Assembly: GCA_951406725.2 (NCBI GenBank)
Contig: OX597818.1
Coordinates: 29,636,001-29,700,000 of the forward strand
From: Octopus vulgaris
Taxonomy: Eukaryota
DNA: 64,000 nucleotides
Direction: 5' to 3'
In this document: positions 52,058-64,000 of the stretch, one piece after another
Numbering within the stretch: the first letter of the stretch is position 1
How the letters are laid out: each line of letters starts with the position of its first letter
The notes under the pieces: generated by a model
What the model was told of the DNA's origin: nothing
Database searches by the model: none
The model's input: only the letters and a program-made list of their open reading frames with translations
Made by a program: the position numbers and the translations under genes

Positions 52058-55000
52058 TAACACATTTGTATTCAAAGTGGTTACATCAATGGCTTACAAA
52101 CTGAAGTAGAAAATATATCTTTTCTCAAAAACATCTTCAAAACAAATTCTTACATTTCATAAACACCCATTTTAAGCACAATTTGATGTTTCATATATTT
52201 GTAGAGATTATAAACACAATGGCAATGGCTGAGCCAACAAAACTGAATATGAGTGTCAATAATTAAGTTAATCCTTGGACATGAACTTTGCCTCTCAACC
52301 TGCTGTCGTCATTAAAATAAATACCAATAATATATTTGGTTCAATTTAATCAACTGTATTTTCACTCCTTTCAAAATTGGCACTTGCTATATTTAGGTTT
52401 TAATAATTAGTTTGTTAATGAGTTTATTGAATTATATTCAAGACTAATAGTCTATTGGGGTTTTTTTTTTAATGCTTATCTTTCTATTAATGTCTACACA
52501 CAACCATTTGTACTTACGCTTACAGTTACTTAAGAATAGGACTAAAAAGCGGTGAGAAAAAGAAGATATATAGAATCCAGCTGTCATTACATTATACGTT
52601 TAATAATATTGTAACAATAAGAGAATATTGTAAAAAAATAGGCTTAATAATCACTTTATGTATTTAAGTAAGCCTATATACGATTATGTATTCAATGAAA
52701 AATCTAAGAGAAAAATTATTGCATGTAATATTAAAAAAAAACTATATAAACTGGGATAGGTAAATAACCTTAATAGAAGTCAACAGTTATGCATCTGGAC
52801 CTCTATAAGGACACACACATATATGTATATCATTATGGCCACAGCATGGCCAAAGCTCTGAGCTGAAACTACAAAAAAAAACCCCATTTTACTGTCTTAT
52901 TTTCCCATGCTTCATTGAGGTAGAATTTTCTATAGTTAAAAGCCTTTCTCATCACCAACCTCAAGTTTCCAAGTAATATAATAAAATTACCTATCTATCA
53001 AACAGCAAACTGCCAGGATATTCTTTTGCAAAGGAATGCAAACAAATGCCACTGTTTGTATACTTTGTTTTACAATCAATGCACACGTCGAGTTAAGGGC
53101 AATATGCACTTGATTACACACACATCCATGATGGGTTTCTTCCAGTTTCCGCTAACAAGTTTCACTCACAAGATATTGATCAACCCACAACTGTAGTGGG
53201 AGACACTACGTGACACTGTCTATGCAGTGGGAACAAATTCTAAACCATGCGAATGTGATTCTAAAGTGAGCTTCTTAACCATATTTCCATGCCTGTGTCT
53301 CTATGTATAGAAACACCATGTGTGTGTGCGTACACACTCACACATGTGAGAATGTGCATCAGAGCATCAAATGGTTAGGTGTTTTGGATTTAAGAAAAAA
53401 ACTGCTTTTCACAGAAGATATAGAAAATGAATGCAGAAAATCTACGATGATCTGAAAGGAATGAACTAAGTGCTATTCATTTTCTGTGCAAGACAGAATG
53501 GAAATGAGATGAGAAACTCATTCAATACTAAAGCTGTATTCAAGAGATAAAAGTATTTATATGATATGTTTGTAGATGACATAAAGAAAAAAGAAGGTTT
53601 TGTTAGTGGTTAATTATACTAGTTGTTATGATATTCTAAGTGAAATTAGACTTTAGGAAGCTTAGTTGCAGATAAATGACACAAGATAGGAATAGATAAA
53701 TATTTTTGTGTTTGGACAATTATTAGAAAGTTAATTATATATGATTAATATAGGATTCAGTGTGTATAATATAACAAATGTGTAGTACTAGTAAAGTCAT
53801 TTAAATAAGGAAAGCAATACATATATTTTTAAAAATTAAAGCAGTGCCTGTATGGCTCCTTTTGGGAGGGAACTAGACAATTACATCGACCCTAGTGCTT
53901 AACTGGTACTTATTTTATCGACCCCAAAAGGATGAAAGGCAAAGTCAGTCTTGGTGGAATTTTAACTCAGAACATAAAGACATAGAAGAAAAGTCTGCAC
54001 ACACCTTAGGAACACAGGTGCACCTGATAATGCAATAGAAACTTGCATGACACTATTGGAAACATAATAATGATGATTGTTTATTATCAATATTAATACG
54101 AAAACTCTTTATGTTCTAACTATTGGAAATGTCTTATTGAGTTATTGCATTGGCTAACTCAGACAAACCAAAACATTTAAGATGATAAATGGATCAAGCC
54201 TAACCTCCAAGGCAGGTTTCTTTCTTGATTGATCCATTTCAATCAAATTATTAATTTTTTTTTTTTTTTTTGTATCTGTGATTTCTAGTATTCAGTAGTC
54301 TAAAGTGGATGAGCTCCATAATAGTGACTTGCTCTTTACACATTTCAAGAAAATGAAGCCTTCATTGGTGACCCAACAATACATTAAAGATTACAGAACA
54401 TTTTCATTTCTCTCACTGTCATACACACACATTCCTAGTTCACCATACAACATTTAAAGTGGCCATTTTGAAAAATCTGTGTGCACTGAGAATTTAACTT
54501 ATTGAACATATCTTATTTAAATTATAAATTAATTTGAAATGAATCATTATGAAACAATATGATATTGTAAACCATTTCAAGTTTCCGTATAATTCTTGGC
54601 CATTTTTTTTTAACAATCATGATTGGTGTATATTAATCAAATTCTAAGTAAATATATGTAGACTATAGATGTACAAATTAATTGTGCTAGCATATGCATG
54701 TGTGTTTGTGAATAGTTCAGAATTTATACTCACTAAAATATAATTGATTTTATATTTTTTTGATTATGCATAAATACCCTCTGTGGTGTGTGTGTGTGTG
54801 TGTGTGCATGCATGATTGAAAGTTGATGTATATCTATTAAGAATGATCAAAGATGTATTTGCTAAATGCCATACAGTTTTCATATATATTCCTTGCATAC
54901 TTTTCACTGATTTTTTTTAGATCTTCAAAATGTTTTCCCTTTTCAAAGAATTTTTGTTAGCCAAAATTTTGTTAAACGTTTTCTTATCACTTGTTATTGT

Positions 55001-55088
55001 ACACAGCTCATGAACCAATATTTATTTCTTTATCAAACTGCAGCTTGACTACAAGATGGTTGAAAGCCCGTACAATAACATGTATGTA

Positions 55089-55147
<59 letters not shown>

Positions 55148-55260
55148 ATGTCTGTGTATGTATATGTGTGTGTCTGTGTATGTATATATGTGTGTGTGTG
55201 TGTGTGTATGTCTGTGTATGTATATGTGTGTGTCTGTGTATGTATATATGTATATGTGTA

Positions 55261-55293
<33 letters not shown>

Positions 55294-55377
55294 GTATATG
55301 TATGTATATGTCAGGACGCCATGATAGATCGTTAGCTCCTACGCACATTTTTTTCTCTCCTTGTTTTTTTCTGTGTA

Positions 55378-55415
55378 TCTTTCTGTTGAAGAGCATAGGC
55401 TCGAAACGTAAAAGA
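55378..55415 (+). ncRNA. Variant minimal hammerhead (core CUGUUGA), second copy, in a ~200-bp repeat (55310-55508) embedded in microsatellite
   Basis: TCTTT-CTGTTGA-A-GAGC(atag)GCTC-GAAA-CG-TA-AAAGA. The flanks are homologous to ~39570-39770. Confidence 0.65.
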
Positions 55416-55662
55416 CTTTTTCTATTCCTGAGCACTATACTAATATATTTGTTTGTTTGTACTCCACCTGCCTTCATCTTTTGTTTATTTTCATAAACTT
55501 TCCCTTTATATATGTATGTATGTGTATGTATATATATATATATATATATATGCATATGTGTATATATATATATGTATATGTGTATATATGTGTATATGTG
55601 TGTGTATATATATATGCGTATATATATATGTATGTGTATGTATATATGTATCTGTATACGTG

Positions 55663-55711
<49 letters not shown>

Positions 55712-55714
<3 letters not shown>

Positions 55715-56190
55715 TACATAGGGAAAACAGAAGTTGGAAATGCACTGAGAATAGTTAAAATATTTTTTATTCATATAGTTGAAGTTTTAACTAGTTTCAC
55801 AGTTTACACTTTTTGTTTTTGGGTTTGGTTTGCAAGATTCTTCATGTGAGTTTGTGTGTTGAAGCATATTTTGTTCATCTGAGGAGAGTCATTCTCTTTT
55901 AGTGCCTCATAATTTAACCCACTCACCGGTAAAGTTTCCACTCATGTACTTATTTATTTTTCTAAAATTTTCAGTGAGTGTGTTAAATTATAAGGCACTA
56001 AAGGAGAATGACTCTCCCCAGAAACAACAGTTTACACTGATTTTCAAAAAAGTTCAAATAGAAAGATGTGACTTATGCTTCTGACTAATGTTTGAAGTTT
56101 GCCCTGTTTTTATAGTATATGTTTTGAATAGGATTTGATTGGTAGAAGATAGTCACATGACTGGTCTTAGAAATTTTGGTAGGTTCCCCG
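55712..56190 (-). mobile_element. PLE 3'-end fragment (same family as 38330-38595) carrying a nested insertion
   Basis: The reverse complement matches ..aaatagggcaagcttcaaacactagtcagaagc..gaaaatcagtgta.actgtgaaact.gtt..ttttaactattctcagtgcatt. The insert 55811-56026 is flanked by ACAGTTTACACT twice. Confidence 0.75.
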
Positions 56191-56692
56191 CTACATCTGT
56201 GTTTTAGTATCAAGTGACCATGTTTGGCGTTGTAAGTTAAGGCTGACACAGTTGACATTTATATATCCACACTATCTACTTCTAATAACAAAATACAAAC
56301 TCCTATCAGAATTTATATACCTTGGACAAGAACCATTTCTACCCTTTCTACACAGCACTTTCCTTGTATAATGGAACTGCAACTGTAACATGTGTGTGCG
56401 TGTGTGTGTGTGTGTGTGTTGATAGATATATATATTCATATATATATAGATGGATATGTATGTTTATATATATGTGTGTATATATATGTGTGTGTATGTG
56501 TGTATATATATGTGTGTGTGTGTGTGCATATACATATGAATGTGTGTATATGTATGTGTATGTGTGTGTGTATATGTGCATATATATATTTATATGTATG
56601 TCTATATGTTTGTGTATATGTGTATATATGTATATATATATATGTGTGTGTGTGTGTATACATGTATGTATATCTATCTATCTATCTATCTA

Positions 56693-56729
<37 letters not shown>

Positions 56730-57726
56730 ATAGATAGATGTATACATATCATCATTTTACATTTACATTCCATCTTGGGCATAGGTAAGACATTTAACAG
56801 GATCCATCAGATCAGAGGATCACATCTTGCCCCAATATGTAAGTTTTGTCATAGTTTTTTATAGCTGGATGCCCTTGCAAACGCCAACCACTTTACAGAG
56901 TGTACTGGGTACATTTTATTATTGTACCACTATTTTTTTTCATTGCCCTCAGTAAGACTAAAAATTCCCTTCAGTCCTGTATTGTCTCTGCTTAATCCCC
57001 TAACTACTTTGCAAAGCCTGTTTGATGCTATCAGCACTAGCAAGGTTACAAAGTAAAAGAGTCTCCACAATTGATTGAGAGAATAAGTAAAAGAGAGAAG
57101 GAGAGAGATGACATTAGGTGGAGTGCTTGGAAAATTTAATATATGAGAGGAGGAGCAATTCATTGTTGTGAGAGGATGGTAGTGGAGAGAGTAGGAGAGG
57201 AGATGATACTGAAGTGGGGGATGATAGAAGAGACAGAGGAAAGGAGAAGAATTGTGTCAGGGGTTAGTATGAGGGTGCAGAACAGAAAGGTAGTGATGAT
57301 GGATAGTTTAAAAAAGAGGGGCCAGTGCTATCCCATGTTATAGATATCATCATCACTATTTTACATCTTCCATGCCAGTATAAGTTGGTCAATTCAGCAG
57401 GAGCTGAGCAAGATACTGTCCTCTGGTTCATTAGATCCTGTCAATCCATTTAACTATCTAAATCCAGCTTTATTTGAATTTTGTTTTGAAACTTTTGATT
57501 CACTGCAAAATACATTTTGCCAGTCATTATGATGCAATATTAATGAGTCTCATCAAAACAAAACATACACTTTGATTACATTCCTACTTTAAAATTATTG
57601 AAATACAACAGTTCCATTTTATATTTGAGAAAATCCTTTTCATTTTGTTATTCACATATTTTCATTGTGGAAAATATGAACTATCACACATAAATAAGCC
57701 AACATGACTATGTACATATGTGAATA

Positions 57727-57933
57727 CAGTAATCCCTTGACTATCACGGGTGTTACGTTCCAAAACCTCTCACAGAAATAATTAACATCCAAAAAAAAAT
57801 ACAAATACCTGTCAGCTGCAGAAACCTGGATATATTGAGGAGTCTGCGATATAAATTTACATATATTAGCCAGAAAATTCTGCGATGTACTGGGTGCACG
57901 ATAAGTGAACCATGATATGGCAAGGGATTACTG
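57727..57933. mobile_element. Tigger/pogo-type MITE (207 bp)
   Basis: TA flanks and perfect 13-bp terminal inverted repeats CAGTAATCCCTTG / CAAGGGATTACTG. Confidence 0.85.
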
Positions 57934-58148
57934 TATACAGAAACACACAAATATCAACACATTTGTATGTATATTTAATGTCAAATTCTTTCATGTACCC
58001 TTTAAGTTAAATAATTCTTGCAAATTTATGTATGTATATATATATATTTGTGTGTGTATATTTATATCATGTATATGTATATATATATATAAAGCCTGTA
58101 CGGCTAATAATTCGCTTACCACTTGTGATGGTATTTTAATAATACCAT

Positions 58149-58198
<50 letters not shown>

Positions 58199-60239
58199 GT
58201 GTATATGTGTATATATGTATGCATGTATTTACAGATACAAGTTTAAAACAAAATGTCAAATATAATTCACTGAAATATTTTGTTTTGATAAAGGTTTGAT
58301 ATAACAAAGAATTGCTTAGTGTTGAAAACAGTTGATAACAAAATCATGTTAAATCGCATTTTAATATTTGAAGTTGATAATTTTTGTAAATTATGTCATT
58401 TTGATTTTTGAATCTCATTACCTTATTATATATAAATAGCCTGTAAGAATAATATTGTTAAAATTTATATACAAATTTACTAACTTAGCTTAGTGTCTTG
58501 TCAAACTAGTTAAATGACTGAAAGACTGAATACAATATAGTATGTGATGTAAGTAGTGGCTGAGCAAATGAATCGTTTTGTTTTGGGATGATTAATGCTT
58601 GTCCTGTAAGTCCACATGCTTCTATGTGAAACACTTAAATTTATTTTAAATCTTTTCCTTCTGGAAAATTGGTAGAAAGCTTCCAATAAAATTGTCAGCA
58701 ATTGACAGTTTTTTCAATTGCTTGCAATTTTTCAGACAAAGACTATCTGAGTGTCTGACCAAAGAATCCTCATTGGATATTATTTATAAAACTTCACTTT
58801 TTGAGCACTTTTGAAAATATTAATTCTTGTCTATTAATTGTACTTATAGAATCAGTATCGATTTAGTTTACCACTTGAGCTTTTACATTTGTTACCTATG
58901 TAAAGAAACGATGACATGAAAATTAAAAAAGAAAAATTATTTTCTGGCTTGAAAATTTCAAAAATTTAATTTTTCTGAGACTGTCTTTTATTGTCATCTC
59001 TTAGATTTCTTATTTATTTACCAAAGGTTCATTCCATACATATGGTCAGAAAGATTAGAGTTGGAGTGATATAAAAGGCACATGTGTTGTTAATTGTTGT
59101 CATTCCTGCATTTTCTTTTCATCTGAACTTTTTCTCATAAAAATTACCACCACCACTATTTACATTCTTATTTAGAATATAGAAGCTAGGATGAATTTAT
59201 GAAGAAATATTTGTTAATTGTCTTATATATAAAATTACATGTGATTTATAATTATACTCATCAGTAATTCCCTATTCCAAGAGGAAGAGAAAAATAGTCT
59301 GCAAGTTGCTTCTAGTAATAAAAATTTATAGGGCACAGTTATTGTTTATTTACTAGTGTAATATTAAGTCAGAATATAGCTTACTTGGGTTATAAGTAAG
59401 ATGAGCTTGAGAAGAAGAGAAAGGTATTCATTTTCTCATCTTGGTTAAGATTGAAACGGTTTTAGAGCAATGATTGAAAGAAATCAACCATGTAAAAAGG
59501 AGCTGATGTACTGGATACATTTGCAAATCAATTTGAAATGAATTTTTGAAACATTGAATTGTTGACAAGAACTTTCTGTCTGAATGGGCGTAAAAATTTT
59601 TCTTAGTTTTTTCCTTGTGTTTTGTGGAGCAGTGTAGGAGTGATTGATTACCTGGTTGATATAGTGATTGAGTCATTTATCTGTCTGTTATAATTCTAAT
59701 ATTTCTGGCTTCTTGAGTAACAGGCAATTAGGCTTTTAAGACATGATTTTAGAAATGAGTTCATCAAGGTATAAAATCTTATTATTTATTTAATTATTGC
59801 ATATAAAATAATATGTGTTTGCTCATTTAAAAAAATTTTTGCATTGGTAGCTGGCAGATCCATTTCAGAAATTTTGTAATCTTACTCATGAGGTTTGAGA
59901 CTATCTGTTGAAGCAGGATCATAAATATAAATATTAAAGAGAATTGGATCTTGTATTCAGTCTATAATCATCACTTGCTTCATTTACAATGATAATTTAA
60001 GTGCCATTCTTTTGCATAGTAAGTTAACCCTTGTGAGGATACTTATATGTATGTATGCATGCGCATATATACAACTAGAGAATCATTCTCCACACAGGTA
60101 AGACTGGCAAACCTATACAACATACTACTGGATACCTACCGGGAATTGATACTTAAACAGCTGCACAAGTACTACTGTATTGTACCAAACTGCTCAGAGA
60201 GATATTGACCTCAAGACTCAAGATCTTGTCTTATATACT

Positions 60240-61150
60240 TAGCTTAGAAGATAGAAAAGAACCTTTCAAACCCCATATAAATATAAAGTACCATAATGAA
60301 AATTTTGCTGCAAACCCTTCCATTCACCTCCTCTTGTCCCTCAAGCTCTGATACAGGTAGGATTAGTAAAGTTATATCTGGTAGAATTCTACCCCACCTT
60401 CATTTTATGATTACACTAAACCTCTAGACTAACAACATTGAAGTCATCCAATGGTTTAAATCCTTAAGCCCCAATGGTAAATACAAATTCATTCAAGTAG
60501 ATATAGACCAATATTATTCCAGTGTATCTCCTATCCTACTTAAAGCCCTCATATTTGCACTAAAATATCTTCCCCAACTAGAGATGATATCAATATTATC
60601 CTGGCAGCCCATCAAACTATTATGAAATTCAACGGAAAACTTTGGGCCAGCAAAGATACCTCTAACTACTTCAACATCCCAATGGGGGCAAGTGATTCAG
60701 CCCAAGTTACTGACCTCATGGGTTGTTACCTGCTCCATTGTCTCCAGGACCAATTCCGTAAATATTTCTGGCAGTTTATATAGGGATGACATTCTGTTTG
60801 CAATCCCAAACTCTAGTAACTATAAGGTAGAACAACTTAGGAAAAGAATCAGATATTTCTTTAAAAACGTGGGCCATGACATCTTTTTCAGTTCCAATAT
60901 TAAAACTGCTAATTTCCCAGACGTCACTCTAGATTTACAAAACAACACCTGTCTATCATAAACTCGGGCAGAACCTTGTGTTAACTTTTCTTCAAATCAC
61001 TCACTCCCATTTTCCTAACATCCATTGTGGACAGTGTGTTTTATAGGATCTCATCCCTAGCCAAAGAGATATTTGAGCAATATACTGAATATTACAACTG
61101 CTCCTTACACTGTGCCAGAGATAAAAAAAACCCAGTTAGATACTTCCCTA
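60240..61150 (+). mobile_element. Decayed Penelope-like element RT region
   Basis: VIQWFK..FIQVDIDQYYSSVS, FNIPMG..DSAQV.DL.G, LYRDD, and NFPDVTLDL..SSNH motifs of PLE reverse transcriptase. Frameshifted. Confidence 0.75.
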
Positions 61151-62793
61151 TATGGAGTGTTCCTTTGTCTCCTGAACCTGACACTGCAGATACATATGCT
61201 CTTTCAGATAGAATCTAAGGTAACCCCTGTATTTCATCCTCTCCCTATTCCCCCAAATTTTACTGTAGTAGCAAACCCAATTGGCACTCTTTCCCAGACA
61301 GGGATTCTGGATCCCAAATCCGCCACTGCCCATCAAAATCCATTCCAGCATGCACTTCCCTACCCTAAGGCATACTCAGGTAACCCCCTAGAATGGGATG
61401 AGTTATATTTATATTTTCTTAACCCAATTATCTCCTTACATCTTCCTCTCTGCACATGAGAATATGCAGGTGTGCATGTGTGCCTGCACACAATGGGGAT
61501 ACTATAAGCACTCAGTGAACATGCACATGCGCACAGATATGCAAATATATAGTTTTACTGTTAAGTAGTAAGCCACCAATTTAATTACAACTGCATGTTC
61601 CCCTAATGGCTAGAAACTTTATCTCCCATCTCCCTCTCTTTCTTTCCTCTCCTTTCTTCTCTCCTAGCAAATTCACTTTACTCCCACTCCTTAATATTCA
61701 ACCTCTTTTCCTTTTCTTCTCATTCTTGACCATTTCACTTCTAAAAGTTCTTTTCTTTTAATTCTGTATATGCATGGATGCCACAATATATTTCTTTTTC
61801 TTTTACAAAAATGACCCCAGCTTAATATTCACAATGTTCAGTCTAACCTAAATTCCCCTTTTCTTTATTCTTAATAGCTTCAGACAATTGCTCACTCCCA
61901 TGTTTTGACCTCTTCTATTCTATTATGGGCCATTTTATTTCTTCATATATGTTTTTCTATTTTGTCTTTTTTTTTTTACTCCATTCTTCCAGCTTCACCA
62001 TTCATTTTAAATTATAGCAGGTTAACTTAGGATTCCTTAATACCCTCCATCTGAACAGCTAAGTTTCATATCTATTCTGCTAGTATTTTGATGGCCTCAA
62101 ATAATGCAAGACATTGCATGAGTATTGATCCTTGAAATGGCATAGTTATACCATATTCAATTGATAATGAAAAAGCAGTTTCCAAAGATTTACCTAAAAC
62201 TTGTGTATGTTACTGCCTAAATAATGCTCAGAAAACATTTTAATGTCTTAGATATTTCTCCTTTTATATTTTATTTAGTCTTTAAGTGTGTAAATAAACA
62301 AATATATTGAGTTTGATGTGTATATTTATAAGTTTTATGTTTGTAGGAGTTTTACTTTGCTTTTATCTTATGTGCAGAAGTCACATACATCAGTTTGAGG
62401 GATGTAGAATAGTGCCAAAATGTTAATATATAATGCAGATGGTTGTTGTGTTGAAAACTATATTTGTTATTTAGATATTCATCCACTTGTTATTTAAAAC
62501 ACTCACACCTAATTGATTTAGTTGTTATCACCAGAAAACTGGGAAACATGTCTGTCCACAGCTGCTGCCTACTACCTTATGTGCTCTCTCTCCAAATATT
62601 TTTCAGCAACTCATCAATAATCTTTTCTTCCATTTTTTTTTTTTTCACATTACTCTAAAATGTTGCTTTTAGAGTAATATTGCTTTTAAAAAATTCTTTT
62701 GCAATCTACATATGTTTAAAATATATAAATAAATGGTTCTTTATTTGGCATTGCCTTTTATTCATTATGAATTAAAGTACTCAAATAATAATG

Positions 62794-62825
<32 letters not shown>

Positions 62826-64000
62826 TGGCTCATCATATTCTGTGATATTGCAAAAGGTGAAGGAGTTAGAGCAATTTTGACTTAGCACAAACTTAATATT
62901 GTTTTTATAGTAATATAATGATAAATAAAATCAATATTAATAATGATACTAAAATCTGACACAAATATGGTGTCTTATACAGAAGGGAGGAAACCTGGAG
63001 TTGCCATATATATGGTTTTCCTAAGAACATTAGTAATTTGTGTGTAATGATTCCACGTGGTGATCAAAACTGGGCTGTAAACTTGTTTACTGAAAAGTTA
63101 CCACCTCACAATAATACAAACAATGATTACAGAAGCTGTATCAGTTTTAATAACAACCATAAAAGTCACAATGATGGTATTGAATATTTTTGCAAAGATC
63201 TTTGTGCTTTAACTAGAAGAAATGAAAAGTTATATTGTCCAAGAAATTACATGATTGTTCCAGTTTGGGAAAAATGTATATCATTAAAGATATATTTTCA
63301 ATGTTAATAGTAATCAAAAAGCAAAGAATAATGATGAGGATGATGATGTGGTTGTTACATGAATGACACTGATAATTATATTAATGATTATGATTTGTTT
63401 GTGACACAATGCCAACTTTATAAGGGTTGTTGTCAATACTTTGGACATCATCAGTATCTTGCTAGTATATATTGGTTGTAAATTTAGAAAGGCACCACAG
63501 ATTTAGTTATACGATCTGGTGATACTTTAAAAAAGTGCAGGACACTGATTTAGATGTTTTTAATGATTGAATGCATTATATATCTCACTCAAGATCAAAT
63601 GCACTCATTGAGGTCGATAAAAGAAGAAAATGTCATTAGAAGTAACTCAAATTACTAACAGATTATGCAGCAAAACTTGATAAATATAAAAACTATTCAG
63701 TTGTATCAGATTATAAAAGATTACGTGAATGGATAAGAAATGTTAATACATCACTAATGCATAATACCACAATAATACATTAATGGCTTTGGCAAAAAAG
63801 TGACCTACTGTTACAAAACATTGCTCCCTATCTCAGAAATTTTTTGCCATTTATATTTAGATAGATAATGAAAAGTTAAATTAAATTAATATAGATTCAT
63901 TACTTCTAGTGCAAGTTTAGAGACAACAGAAATGATTATATAATGTTTATGACTTTCTTAAGGACACAAGTACTATAAAGAAACTAAACTAATTCAAAGA

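Noticed and set aside
52316-52321. AATAAA as poly(A) signal of the transporter gene
   Set aside because: It lies in AT-rich sequence resembling a decayed SINE, and many such hexamers are nearby. It cannot be assigned without 3'-end data.
54991-56864. Many overlapping ORFs rich in Y/I/C/V/H/T (also near 9279, 11857, 28134, 30811, 33234)
   Set aside because: They are translations of (TA)n/(CA)n/(TACA)n microsatellites that lack stop codons, not genes.

Overview
AT-rich, microsatellite-dense eukaryotic (animal) DNA; no prokaryotic features. The repeat families (RTE LINEs with (GAT)n tails, tRNA-derived SINEs, Penelope-like elements) look like octopus/coleoid repeats, but this is my recollection, not a database match. 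Two host genes are supported. (1) The first coding exon of an importin-7/8 gene on the minus strand (18241-18324), too short for the ORF track, with a CpG-rich promoter; 1-18240 is probably its first intron. (2) A complete three-exon SVOP-like MFS transporter on the plus strand (46778-52057, 529 aa). The rest is layered transposon debris: RTE and CR1 LINEs, mariners, piggyBac/pogo/Merlin-type MITEs, SINEs and at least four Penelope-like elements (PLEs). The most notable hidden signal is a set of minimal type-I hammerhead ribozyme motifs, mostly in short microsatellite-embedded repeats or PLE 3' ends. One is canonical (39875-39954). Others have non-canonical cores, two of which recur in separate copies: UUGAAAA (compensatory U3-A8 pair) and CUGUUGA (A6U). 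Most ORF-track entries are microsatellite or antisense artefacts. All alignments and folds were done by eye; boundaries of decayed elements are approximate.
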